Below are positions 20,901-33,899 of a stretch of 64,000 nt of DNA, piece after piece. Below the pieces are notes generated by a model, which was not told the DNA's origin, did no database searches, and saw only the letters and a program-made list of their open reading frames with translations. The DNA lies in NCBI GenBank assembly GCA_044892505.1, contig CM097883.1, positions 95,542,001 to 95,606,000 of the forward strand, written 5' to 3'. Every line of letters begins with the position of its first letter. Position 1 is the first letter of the stretch. The stretch comes from Schmidtea nova (Eukaryota). The position numbers and the translations under genes are program-made.

Positions 20901-23900
20901 ATCAGTTGAAACTTGTTCACTTGTTACTTTCAATGGTGAAGTTGTTTGTTCTTCAGTTGTCGAAGTGGCAGGTGTGGCAGTTCCAGTAGTTACACTTTCT
21001 GAAGCAGTGGATGATTGTTGAGTTTGTTCAGTGGTATTGATATCAGTTGAAACTTGTTCACTTGTTACTTTCGATGGTGAAGTGGTTTGTTCTTCAGTTG
21101 TCGAAGTGGCAGGTGTGGCAGTTCCAGTAGTTACACTTTCTGAATCAGTGGATGATTGTTGAGTTTGTTCAGTGGTATTGATATCAGTAGAAACTTGTTC
21201 ACTAGTTACTTTCGATGATGAAGTGGTTTGTTCTTCAGTTTTTGAAGTGGCAGGTGTGGCAGTTCCAGTAGTTACACTTTCTGAAGCAGTGGATGATTGT
21301 TGAGTTTGTTCAGTGGTATTGATATCAGTTGAAACTTGTTCACTTGTTACTTTCGATTGTGAAGTGGTTTGTTCTTCAGTTTTTGAAGTGGCAGGTGTGG
21401 CAGTTCCAGTAGTTACACTTTCTGAAGCAGTGGATGATTGTTGAGTTTGTTCAGTGGTATTGATATCAGTTGAAACTTGTTCACTTGTTACTTTCAATGG
21501 TGAAGTTGTTTGTTCTTCAGTTGTCGAAGTGGCAGGTGTGGCAGTTCCAGTAGTTACACTTTCTGAAGCAGTGGATGATTGTTGAGTTTGTTCAGTGGTA
21601 TTGATATCAGTTGAAACTTGTTCACTTGTTACTTTCGATGGTGAAGTGGTTTGTTCTTCACTTGTCGAAGTGGCAGGTGTGGCAGTTCCATTAGTTACAC
21701 TTTCTGAAGCAGTGGATGATTGTTGAGTTTGTTCAGTGGTATTGATATCAGTAGAAACTTGTTCACTAGTTACTTTCGATGATGAAGTGGTTTGTTCTTC
21801 AGTTTTAGAAGTGGCAGGTGTGGCAGTTCCAGTAGTTACACTTTCTGAAGCAGTGGATGATTGTTGAGTTTGTTCAGTGGTATTGATATCAGTTGAAACT
21901 TGTTCACTTGTTACTTTCGATTGTGAAGTGGTTTGTTCTTCAGTTTTTGAAGTGGCAGGTGTGGCAGTTCCAGTAGTTACACTTTCTGAAGCAGTGGATG
22001 ATTGTTGAGTTTGTTCAGTGGTATTGATATCAGTAGAAACTTGTTCACTTGTTACTTTCGATGATGAAGTGGTTTGTTCTTCAGTTTTTGAAGTGGCAGG
22101 TGTGGCAGTTCCAGTAGTTACACTTTCTGAAGCAGTGGATGATTGTTGAGTTTGTTCAGTGGTATTGATATCAGTTGAAACTTGTTCACTTGTTACTTTC
22201 AATGGTGAAGTTGTTTGTTCTTCAGTTGTCGAAGTGGCAGGTGTGGCAGTTCCAGTAGTTACACTTTCTGAAGCAGTGGATGATTGTTGAGTTTGTTCAG
22301 TGGTATTGATATCAGTTGAAACTTGTTCACTTGTTACTTTCGATGGTGAAGTGGTTTGTTCTTCAGTTGTCGAAGTGGCAGGTGTGGCAGTTCCAGTAGT
22401 TACACTTTCTGAAGCAGTGGATGATTGTTGAGTTTGTTCAGTGGTATTGATATCAGTAGAAACTTGTTCACTTGTTACTTTCGATGATGAAGTGGTTTGT
22501 TCTTCAGTTTTTGAAGTGGCAGGTGTGGCAGTTCCAGTAGTTACACTTTCTGAAGCAGTGGATGATTGTTGAGTTTGTTCAGTGGTATTGATATCAGTTG
22601 AAACTTGTTCACTTGTTACTTTCGATGGTGAAGTGGTTTGTTCTTCAGTTGTCGAAGTGGCAGGTGTGGCAGTTCCAGTAGTTACACTTTCTGAAGCAGT
22701 GGATGATTGTTGAGTTTGTTCAGTGGTATTGATATCAGTAGAAACTTGTTCACTAGTTACTTTCGATGATGAAGTGGTTTGTTCTTCAGTTTTTGAAGTG
22801 GCAGGTGTGGCAGTTCCAGTAGTTACACTTTCTGAAGCAGTGGATGATTGTTGAGTTTGTTCAGTGGTATTGATATCAGTTGAAACTTGTTCACTTGTTA
22901 CTTTCGATTGTGAAGTGGTTTGTTCTTCAGTTTTTGAAGTGGCAGGTGTGGCAGTTCCAGTAGTTACACTTTCTGAAGCAGTGGATGATTGTTGAGTTTG
23001 TTCAGTGGTATTGATATCAGTTGAAACTTGTTCACTTGTTACTTTCAATGGTGAAGTTGTTTGTTCTTCAGTTGTCGAAGTGGCAGGTGTCGCAGTTCCA
23101 GTAGTTACACTTTCTGAAGCAGTGGATGATTGTTGAGTTTGTTCAGTGGTATTGATATCAGTTGAAACTTGTTCACTTGTTACTTTCGATGGTGAAGTGG
23201 TTTGTTCTTCAGTTGTCGAAGTGGCAGGTGTGGCAGTTCCAGTAGTTACACTTTCTGAAGCAGTGGATGATTGTTGAGTTTGTTCAGTGGTATTGATATC
23301 AGTAGAAACTTGTTCACTAGTTACTTTCGATGATGAAGTGGTTTGTTCTTCAGTTTTTGAAGTGGCAGGTGTGGCAGTTCCAGTAGTTACACTTTCTGAA
23401 GCAGTGGATGATTGTTGAGTTTGTTCAGTGGTATTGATATCAGTTGAAACTTGTTCACTTGTTACTTTCGATTGTGAAGTGGTTTGTTCTTCAGTTTTTG
23501 AAGTGGCAGGTGTGGCAGTTCCAGTAGTTACACTTTCTGAAGCAGTGGATGATTGTTGAGTTTGTTCAGTGGTATTGATATCAGTTGAAACTTGTTCACT
23601 TGTTACTTTCAATGGTGAAGTTGTTTGTTCTTCAGTTGTCGAAGTGGCAGGTGTGGCAGTTCCAGTAGTTACACTTTCTGAAGCAGTGGATGATTGTTGA
23701 GTTTGTTTAGTGGTATTGATATCAGTTGAAACTTGTTCACTTGTTACTTTCGATGGTGAAGTGGTTTGTTCTTCAGTTGTCGAAGTGGCAGGTGTGGCAG
23801 TTCCAGTAGTTACACTTTCTGAAGCAGTGGATGATTGTTGAGTTTGTTCAGTGGTATTGATATCAGTAGAAACTTGTTCACTTGTTACTTTCGATGATGA

Positions 23901-26900
23901 AGTGGTTTGTTCTTCAGTTTTTGAAGTGGCAGGTGTGGCAGTTCCAGTAGTTACACTTTCTGAAGCAGTGGATGATTGTTGAGTTTGTTCAGTGGTATTG
24001 ATATCAGTTGAAACTTGTTCACTTGTTACTTTCAATGGTGAAGTTGTTTGTTCTTCAGTTGTCGAAGTTGCAGGTGTGGCAGTTCCAGTAGTTACACTTT
24101 CTGAAGCAGTGGATGATTGTTGAGTTTGTTCAGTGGTATTGATATCAGTTGAAACTTGTTCACTTGTTACTTTCGATGGTGAAGTGGTTTGTTCTTCAGT
24201 TTGTGAAGTGGCAGGTGTTGCAGTTCCAGTAGTTACACTTTCTGAAGCAGTGGATGATTGTTGAGTTTGTTCAGTGGTATTGATATCAGTTGAAAGTTGT
24301 TCACTTGTTACTTTCGATTGTGAAGTGGTTTGTTCTTCAGTTTTTGAAGTGGCAGGTGTGGCAGTTCCAGTAGTTACACTTTCTGAAGCAGTGGATGATT
24401 GTTGAGTTTGTTCAGTGGTATTGATATCAGTTGAAACTTGTTCACTTGTTACTTTCGATGATGAAGTGGTTTGTTCTTCAGTTTTTGAAGTGGCAGGTGT
24501 GGTAGTTCCAGTAGTTACACTTTCTGAAGCAGTGGATGATTGTTGAGTTTGTTCAGTGGTATTTATATCAGTAGAAACTTGTTCACTTGTTACTTTCGAT
24601 GATGAAGTGGTTTGTTCTTCAGTTTTTGAAGTGACAGGTGTGGCATTTCCAGTAGTTACACTTTCTGAAGCAGTGGATGATTGTTGAGTTTGTTCAGTGG
24701 TATTGATATCAATTGAAACTTGTTCACTTGTTACTTTCGATGATGAAGTGGTTTGTTCAGTTGTCGAAGTCTCAGGTGTGGCAGTTCCAGTAGTTACACT
24801 TTCTGAAGCAGTGGATGATTTTTGAGTTTGTTCAGTGGTATTGATATCAGTTGAAACTTGTTCACTTGTTACTTTCGATTGTGAAGTGGTTTGTTCTTCA
24901 GTTTTTGAAGTGGCAGGTGTGGCAGTTCCAGTAGTTACACTTTCTGAAGCAGTGGATGATTGTTGAGTTTGTTCAGTGGTATTGATATCAGTAGAAACTT
25001 GTTCACTTGTTACTTTCGATGATGAAGTGGTTTGTTCTTCAGTTTTTGAAGTGGCAGGTGTGGCAGTTCCAGTAGTTACACTTTCTGAAGCAGTGGATGA
25101 TTGTTGAGTTTGTTCAGTGGTATTGATATCAGTTGAAACTTGTTCACTTGTTACTTTCAATGGTGAAGTTGTTTGTTCTTCAGTTGTCGAAGTGGCAGGT
25201 GTGGCAGTTCCAGTAGTTACACTTTCTGAAGCAGTGGATGATTGTTGAGTTTGTTCAGTGGTATTGATATCAGTTGAAACTTGTTCACTTGTTACTTTCG
25301 ATGGTGAAGTGGTTTGTTCTTCAGTTGTCGAAGTGGCAGGTGTGGCAGTTCCAGTAGTTACACTTTCTGAAGCAGTGGATGATTGTTGAGTTTGTTCAGT
25401 GGTATTGATATCAGTAGAAACTTGTTCACTTGTTACTTTCGATGATGAAGTGGTTTGTTCTTCAGTTTTTGAAGTGGCAGGTGTGGCAGTTCCAGTAGTT
25501 ACACTTTCTGAAGCAGTGGATGATTGTTGAGTTTGTTCAGTGGTATTGATATCAGTTGAAACTTGTTCACTTGTTACTTTCAATGGTGAAGTTGTTTGTT
25601 CTTCAGTTGTCGAAGTTGCAGGTGTGGCAGTTCCAGTAGTTACACTTTCTGAAGCAGTGGATGATTGTTGAGTTTGTTCAGTGGTATTGATATCAGTTGA
25701 AACTTGTTCACTTGTTACTTTCGATGGTGAAGTGGTTTGTTCTTCAGTTTGTGAAGTGGCAGGTGTTGCAGTTCCAGTAGTTACACTTTCTGAAGCAGTG
25801 GATGATTGTTGAGTTTGTTCAGTGGTATTGATATCAGTTGAAAGTTGTTCACTTGTTACTTTCGATTGTGAAGTGGTTTGTTCTTCAGTTTTTGAAGTGG
25901 CAGGTGTGGCAGTTCCAGTAGTTACACTTTCTGAAGCAGTGGATGATTGTTGAGTTTGTTCAGTGGTATTGATATCAGTTGAAACTTGTTCACTAGTTAC
26001 TTTCGATGATGAAGTGGTTTGTTCTTCAGTTTTTGAAGTGGCAGGTGTGGCAGTTCCAGTAGTTACACTTTCTGAAGCAGTGGATGATTGTTGAGTTTGT
26101 TCAGTGGTATTGATATCAGTTGAAACTTGTTCACTTGTTACTTTCGATGATGAAGTGGTTTGTTCTTCAGTTTTTGAAGTGGCAGGTGTGGTAGTTCCAG
26201 TAGTTACACTTTCTGAAGCAGTGGATGATTGTTGAGTTTGTTCAGTGGTATTTATATCAGTAGAAACTTGTTCACTTGTTACTTTCGATGATGAAGTGGT
26301 TTGTTCTTCAGTTTTTGAAGTGACAGGTGTGGCATTTCCAGTAGTTACACTTTCTGAAGCAGTGGATGATTGTTGAGTTTGTTCAGTGGTATTGATATCA
26401 ATTGAAACTTGTTCACTTGTTACTTTCGATGATGAAGTGGTTTGTTCAGTTGTCGAAGTCTCAGGTGTGGCAGTTCCAGTAGTTACACTTTCTGAAGCAG
26501 TGGATGATTGTTGAGTTTGTTCAGTGGTATTGATATCAGTAGAAACTTGTTCACTTGTTACTTTCGATGATGAAGTGGTTTGTTCTTCAGTTTTTGAAGT
26601 GGCAGGTGTGACAGTTCCAGTAGTTACACTTTCTGAAGCAGTGGATGATTGTTGAGTTTGTTCAGTGGTATTGATATCAGTTGAAACTTGTTCACTTGTT
26701 ACTTTCGATGATGAAGTTGTTTGTTCTTCAGTTGTCGAAGTGGCAGGTGTGGCAGTTCCAGTAGTTACACTTTCTGAAGCAGTGGATGATTGTTGAGTTT
26801 GTTCAGTGGTATTGATATCAGTTGAAACTTGTTCACTTGTTACTTTCGATGGTGAAGTGGTTTGTTCTTCAGTTTTTGAAGTGGCAGGTGTTGCAGTTCC

Positions 26901-29900
26901 AGTAGTTACACTTTCTGAAGCAGTGGATGATTGTTGAGTTTGTTCAGTGGTATTGATATCAGTTGAAACTTGTTCACTTGTTACTTTCAATGGTGAAGTT
27001 GTTTGTTCTTCAGTTGTCGAAGTGGCAGGTGTGGCAGTTCCAGTAGTTACACTTTCTGAAGCAGTGGATGATTGTTGAGTTTGTTCAGTGGTATTGATAT
27101 CAGTTGAAACTTGTTCACTTGTTACTTTCAATGGTGAAGTTGTTTGTTCTTCAGTTGTCGAAGTGGCAGGTGTGGCAGTTCCAGTAGTTACACTTTCTGA
27201 AGCAGTGGATGATTGTTGAGTTTGTTCAGTGGTATTGATATCAGTTGAAACTTGTTCACTTGTTACTTTCGATGATGAAGTGGTTTGTTCAGTTGTCGAA
27301 GTCTCAGGTGTGGCAGTTCCAGTAGTTACACTTTCTGAAGCAGTGGATGATTGTTGAGTTTGTTCAGTGGTATTGATATCAGTAGAAACTTGTTCACTTG
27401 TTACTTTCGATGATGAAGTGGTTTGTTCTTCAGTTTTTGAAGTGACAGGTGTGGCAGTTCCAGTAGTTACACTTTCTGAAGCAGTGGATGATTGTTGAGT
27501 TTGTTCAGTGGTATTGATATCAGTTGAAACTTGTTCACTTGTTACTTTCGATTGTGAAGTGGTTTGTTCTTCAGTTTTTGAAGTGGCAGGTGTGGCAGTT
27601 CCAGTAGTTACACTTTCTGAAGCAGTGGATGATTGTTGAGTTTGTTCAGTGGTATTGATATCAGTAGAAACTTGTTCACTTGTTACTTTCGATGATGAAG
27701 TGGTTTGTTCTTCAGTTTTTGAAGTGGCAGGTGTGGCAGTTCCAGTAGTTACACTTTCTGAAGCAGTGGATGATTGTTGAGTTTGTTCAGTGGTATTGAT
27801 ATCAGTTGAAACTTGTTCACTTGTTACTTTCGATGATGAAGTTGTTTGTTCTTCAGTTGTCGAAGTGGCAGGTGTGGCAGTTCCAGTAGTTACACTTTCT
27901 GAAGCAGTGGATGATTGTTGAGTTTGTTCAGTGGTATTGATATCAGTTGAAACTTGTTCACTTGTTACTTTCGATGGTGAAGTGGTTTGTTCTTCAGTTT
28001 TTGAAGTGGCAGGTGTTGCAGTTCCAGTAGTTACACTTTCTGAAGCAGTGGATGATTGTTGAGTTTGTTCAGTGGTATTGATATCAGTTGAAACTTGTTC
28101 ACTTGTTACTTTCAATGGTGAAGTTGTTTGTTCTTCAGTTGTCGAAGTGGCAGGTGTGGCAGTTCCAGTAGTTACACTTTCTGAAGCAGTGGATGATTGT
28201 TGAGTTTGTTCAGTGGTATTGATATCAGTTGAAACTTGTTCACTTGTTACTTTCAATGGTGAAGTTGTTTGTTCTTCAGTTGTCGAAGTGGCAGGTGTGG
28301 CAGTTCCAGTAGTTACACTTTCTGAAGCAGTGGATGATTGTTGAGTTTGTTCAGTGGTATTGATATCAGTTGAAACTTGTTCACTTGTTACTTTCGATGG
28401 TGAAGTGGTTTGTTCTTCAGTTTTTGAAGTGGCAGGTGTGGCAGTTCCAGTAGTTACACTTTCTGAAGCAGTGGATGATTGTTGAGTTTGTTCAGTGGTA
28501 TTGATATCAGTTGAAACTTGTTCACTTGTTACTTTCGATGATGAAGTGGTCTGTTCTTCAGTTGACGAAGTGGCAGGTGTGGGAGTTCCAGTAGTTATAC
28601 TTTCTGAAGCAGTGGATGATTGTTGAGTTTGTTCAGTGGTATTGATATCAGTTGAAACTTGTTCACTTGTTACTTTCGATGATGAAGTGGTTTGTTCTTC
28701 AGTTGACGAAGTGGCAGGTGTGGGAGTTCCAGTAGTTACACTTTCTGAAGCAGTGGATGATTGTTGAGTTTGTTCAGTGGTATTGATATCAGTTGAAACT
28801 TGTTCACTTGTTACTTTCGATGATGAAGTAGTTTGTTCTTCACTTTTTGAAGTGGCAGGAGTGGCAGTTCCAGTAGTTACACTTTCTGAAGCAGTGGATG
28901 ATTGTTGAGTTTGTTCAGTGGTATTGATATCAGTTGAAACTTGTTCACTTGTTACTTTCGATGATGAAGTAGTTTGTTCTTCACTTGTTGAAGTGGCAGG
29001 AGTGGCAGTTCCAGTAGTTACACTTTCTGAAGCAGTGGATATTTGTTGAGTTGTTTTGCTTTTTGGTTGATATTTTTTTGTCGTTATTTCAATTGATGAT
29101 TGAATTGGTTTCATAGTAGTTGTCTTTTCCTTTTCTTTTGTCGTTTTTATATTTTGTTTTACTGTTGTGGTTTTTTGAATTCTCTTTGTCGTACGTCTTA
29201 TTTGTGGTCTTCTGAAATCTTTTATTTTTCTTACTTTAGGTATTCTTTTTGGTATTTTGTTTATTGTAATGAATCCTCTAGTTACTTTTTGTGGTTTTGT
29301 TACTTTTTCTTTTGCTTTTACTTTTATTGTTTCATATATTATGTCTGTTACATCTCTATATGCTTCTCTGGTTCTATTGACCTGACGGACCCCTATAATA
29401 TAATCGTCTGTAACTGCTTTGTATTTTTCATAATCATGTATTAAGGATGTGTCGTTTCTATTACTATCTGGATTCCTTTCGAGTATTTCCTTCAATTCTT
29501 CATCTTCTAATTTCGTCATATTGCAAAAGCTGCAATTGTTCCTATTCAATATGTCTCGGGCAACATCATGTGCGGTTGGATTGTCGTATGTTTTGTTATT
29601 TGCAAATTTGTGCGAACGATATTCGTCAACAATATGCAATGGGAGTTTTTTTCCATTTTCTGCCAATATTACTTTTCTATGATTTTCAGGACCTGGGGTT
29701 CCTAATATGTCTGGCAATTTTATTATCTGAGTTGGCTTGTGAATGGGAGGTATTTCGAAAATTTTCGTAAAGATTTCATATTCGTCGTCGCTTATGTTTA
29801 ATTGTTTCATGATATCTTTTAAGATTTTCGCATATTCGGTGCTGTTTGAAATCTTCCAGAACATTACTTGCACGTTATCATTTGTTGAAATGTTGTTTGC

Positions 29901-30661
29901 TTTCGCATAAAGATACTTCACAAGTTCATTTTTTACGTGCTTTAGAAACTTCTGGTAATCTTCATTGTTATTTGTAAGATTCTTTGGTACGTCTATTTTT
30001 GGGAATTCAATATATACTGTCTTTCTTTGATTCGGGTTTATTACACCTAAACAATAAATTATTATATTTTTATTAATACATTTTCTACTCACCGTGCTTT
30101 TTCATTTCTCTGACAATGATCTTTTGCAGCCTTACTGTAATCTCAACTATTTCGTCGTATTTGGATTTGGATTTCTGTATTTTCATGTACAGTTTAATAT
30201 TCGATGCATCATTCGAATCAGAACTGTATATGATGTCACCTTGTTTTTTCAATTCATCGCCTATCCGTTTTCTAATTACTTCTCTAAGCAACCTGATTGT
30301 CTTTTCATCACTGAGCTTTCCAGATTTATTAATATAAAAGCTTAATTTTTTTAAGTCGACTTTTGGAGGTTCGCTTTTGATAAATCCTAAAGTTAGATTA
30401 ATTCTTTGTGAATTTGTGATGGGATTTATTTCCATACCTAAATTTTCCAATTCTTTATCAACAAGGTAAGTAATGATTTCCTTGATTTTCAAGTATTCCT
30501 TTTGCAATTTCACCTGTTCGACAGAATCTTGTCCTTGTATCTGACTGGCTGTGCCGTAAATACCTAAATACAAAAATGTTTAGAAATTTATAAGCTTTTC
30601 CCATCTGTGAATACTCACATAATATGAACCATGTTAAACCCAAAATTGTGGATTTATACAT
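11933..30661 (-). CDS. Giant secreted mucin with two C-terminal hemopexin-like modules (paralogue 1, ~6,050-6,100 aa, ~12 exons)
   Basis: Exon 1 30661-30619 + exon 2 30563-30093 give signal peptide MYKSTILGLTWFILCIYGTAS. Exon 3 30046-13790 is a stop-free 16.3-kb frame. Downstream exons 13743-13576, 13525-13371, 13322-~13142 etc. are separated by 45-56 bp GT-AG introns. Hemopexin-like DSMFFDERIQKIIFFK and ADSLFFDPNRNELVAFK; ends ...HYSIEC-stop at 11933. Confidence 0.85.
14335..29040 (-). repeat. Coding tandem array, 141-bp unit (47 aa: STASESVTTGTATPATSKTEEQTTSSSKVTSEQVSTDINTTEQTQQS), ~104 copies
   Basis: Period measured at 141 bp (gtggcag at 14353 and 14494); a few 138-bp units lack one Glu codon; frame preserved throughout. 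Confidence 0.97.
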
Positions 30662-30699
30662 TTCAAATTATTTTATTTTCTGAACTAATGAAAATGCTG

Positions 30700-33200
30700 A
30701 TTTCCGCGTGAATTTATAATGAACTGCAAACAATGGCAACAGAGGCAATCACTCTGTGACAATGAGTGAGATCGCGGCTGCCTATTTCTGCTTAGTGATG
30801 CATAACTCACATTCTTTACTCTGTGTGTTTCTTTCCATTGTTTTCTCTTTTTTCATGTGCTTTTTGTGTTGCATTCTGATATTATCTATGAATACTCTTT
30901 TCAATTTTGAAATTTTATTTTTATTCATTTTTGATTTTGGGTTGAGATTCGTTTTTATTTTGATCAACTTAGATAATTTCATCGATGTTTTACTGAAATG
31001 TTTATTCAAATGACCTCTGTGAGTTTTCAAGTAAATTTATAAGGAATTTTAATTATTTACATTGTAATAAATTTTTTGTCAACTATTGAATAAATTCTAA
31101 TGAAAATCAAATCAAATTAATTTTAATTAAATTTTTTTGATGAGTGTTTTTTTATGATTCAATAAGTTCAATTGTTTCTAAAATTCCGGATAAGGCATTT
31201 TTTCATCATTATCTTTCATGTTATTTTATTCTCTTTTTTTTGGATTAGAAATATTATTTCACTGAACCTGTAACAATTTTAGACTGATGATAACGTTCTC
31301 GTTTTTTGGCATCTTTCACAACTCGCAATTACCATTTTTAATTATTTCGCTAGATTTTCCATATCAACATTATTTGGAATACATTCAGTTACATTTAGTG
31401 TTCTCGTATGACATAGTAATACTGTACTTCTTTTATCATCTTCCGTCTGTTATCCTCTGTTACCCATATCTTACTTTTTTTTCTTTTGTTCTCCATGAAT
31501 TTGTGTTTCATCATACATTCTACACATGCTTCCTGGATATAATATCCACGTTCCTATGTGTTCCATTTTAATATCTAGACTGTTTAAATAGTTGATCCGT
31601 GTCTGAAATTAAGCCTTATTTTATTTCTTCGTTGTCAGCATAAAGTTAGTAGGTTTATGGTATATTCCCAATAAAAATATTTTACCTTTAAGTATTGATT
31701 GAAGTGCTTACAAAAATAATATATATATTGCCAATAGTTTCTTCCTAGTAATACAGTATGCTTTGTCGTGATTTTTCATTGCGCATGAAACATATGCAAT
31801 GACATGTTCATATTCTTTTTCATATTTTTATGACAGAACTGTTCCAATAGTATCGAATCTTGTGTCTGTGTCCAAAATAAATTATTTTCTCGAGTCTTGG
31901 AATGTCAGTATTTGAGCAGTTGTCAATGCTTCTTGCATTTCCCCAAACACTCCAAACTATTTGCTCATTATTTATTTCACATATACTTCCAAATGCTCTT
32001 GTTTTCTTCGCACAATCTGTTAAGAACCGCCGATAACAAAGATTTCTCAAATTCTTTAAACACTGGTTTTTAAAATTATTTTATTGCTTTTATTTTACAT
32101 TCGTCTGTCTGTATAGTGACTTTATTTATTATATGTCCGAGAAACTTTACCTTCTTTCTAAATGTTTGATATTTTCCTAAGTTGATTCTTTGTACTACTT
32201 CCGAGATTTTTTTCTAGCCCTCTTCTAAATAAGTTATAGTGTTCTTCTGTCTTCGTATATATTAATATGTTATATAGATAAGCAATTACCCAATTTTTCC
32301 ACATTTACTTAAATATTTTTTCATCGATTCTCGAAAGATCTCTGGTGATGCTGTAATACCAAATGGCATTTTATTGAAACAGAACTGTTTTTTTCGTCGA
32401 AAATGATTCTAATAGCTGCGATCCGCTAAAAGTTTGTTAGGCTGTCGTGATTTTTTTTTCTTTAAGCAATTTTGCAAATATTCTCTGAAAAGTTTTCGCA
32501 TGTCTGACTAATAAAAATATTTTTATAGTTATGCACAAATCGTTTACTCTAATAACATAGTTCTTCGTCACACTTTTTTGCTAGTATTCTGCTGACATCT
32601 TTAGTGACTAGTACTAAATTCATTCCATCCTTTTTAATCATTAAGAGATTATCTTTTCGTCCTTTTTTAGTTTGTATAGAAAATCATTGGATTGAAAGTT
32701 ATCAAATCACCGGCAATTGCACGTCCGATGTGCTTCTTTATCTTTTCAAACTATTTATCTTTTTCTTGAACTTCTAAAATTTGTTGCATTGCCTGAGTTT
32801 TTTGGATCATACAAATGTGCTTACTTCTTGCATTAGTTTCTTTTGTATTTTTTGCTTGTTTGACATTATGCACAAAGCATGCGTTTTATCCTAAATGTCC
32901 CTTTGTCATTTAAATTATTTTCACCTTTATAGTATTTTAATTCAAAGTCATATTCCAACATATTAGCCATCCAGATTAGGAATTGTGGGCTAATCGTTTT
33001 TTATTGTATTCATAAATATGTTGGTACCATAGCCAGATCTAATTTTATGTTGTCCAAATAATTGTTGATTTAACCAGTAGTTACCCATCGCACACAACGT
33101 TGTTAAAGTAACTGAAGGGCAAAAATACTTGCAAAAAGTGAGCGCTGTTTCCAGAACTATAATTGATCGAGTAATTTCTACAGGTTCATGAGCTATTGAT
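30700..33200 (-). pseudogene. pol: Decayed gypsy pol fragments (RT, RNase H, integrase; at least two pieces)
   Basis: QFCFNKMPFGITASP (RT, about 32350-32390); LLGIYHKP (about 31660); WMANMLEYDFELKYYKGENN (RNase H end, about 32900-32970); KECELC (integrase zinc finger, about 30800). Many stops. Confidence 0.75.
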
Positions 33201-33899
33201 AGAAGATACACGCTCATTTTCACTGCCCGGTCCCCTTCTTCATTAATCTATTAATTATTATTAGTAAGTTTATGTATCCTAATATTTTAAAGATTCGATT
33301 TTACGACATCTGAACTTGGGTATTATTATTATTGTCGATCAAACGAACAACATCATTGTAGAACCAATTTCGATTTAAAAATAATTAAGAAGAAATTAAA
33401 TTTTACAACTTCCTTCAATGTAGTGATAAGACAGAAGAGAAGCAAAATTAATAATAATAATATAAAAAATAAAGCGATACAGATGCAACCACAACGCAAA
33501 AATATAATGCTTTTAAATGTCTGTACATCGCCCGGGTACTCTCTAAATTCAAAAGCAAAACACAAACAAAACTTTAAAATATTAAAAGAAAATTCTCTTA
33601 CTATGGGTGTGAAATTTGATGAATAGTATAATTGCCAAACTTGTTAATTTATTTATATAGACTAAAGTGGGAACCCCTGGCCCACTACTACCTGAGCTAA
33701 GGGCATAGTCGTGGAAACCTACCATTTACGTTTGATAACATGATGGAGGTTTTTGCACAACCCTACTAAATTGATATTGCTGGTGTGTTGGTTAGCTGGA
33801 CAACTGAGATCATTAAGATTTTATACGTTAGGGTGATCTCGCCAACATAAAAACATTCCCCCGTTGACACACATGATGTATCCCTAACTACTCATCATG

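Noticed and set aside
14335-29040. CRISPR array or non-coding satellite interpretation of the 141-bp repeat
   Set aside because: Units are contiguous without unique spacers, all indels are in frame, and the array sits inside a spliced eukaryotic ORF.
13782-30092. ORF-track start (GTG at 30092, MSRKCINK...) and end (...FNCM) as true protein termini
   Set aside because: 30092-30047 is a GT-AG intron and 13789 is a splice donor; the real start is the signal-peptide exon at 30661.
29100-30345. Plus-strand hydrophobic ORFs (29100-29770, 30094-30345)
   Set aside because: Antisense shadows of the Lys/Ile-rich mucin N-terminus; the same applies to the minus-strand shadows over 3995-8099.
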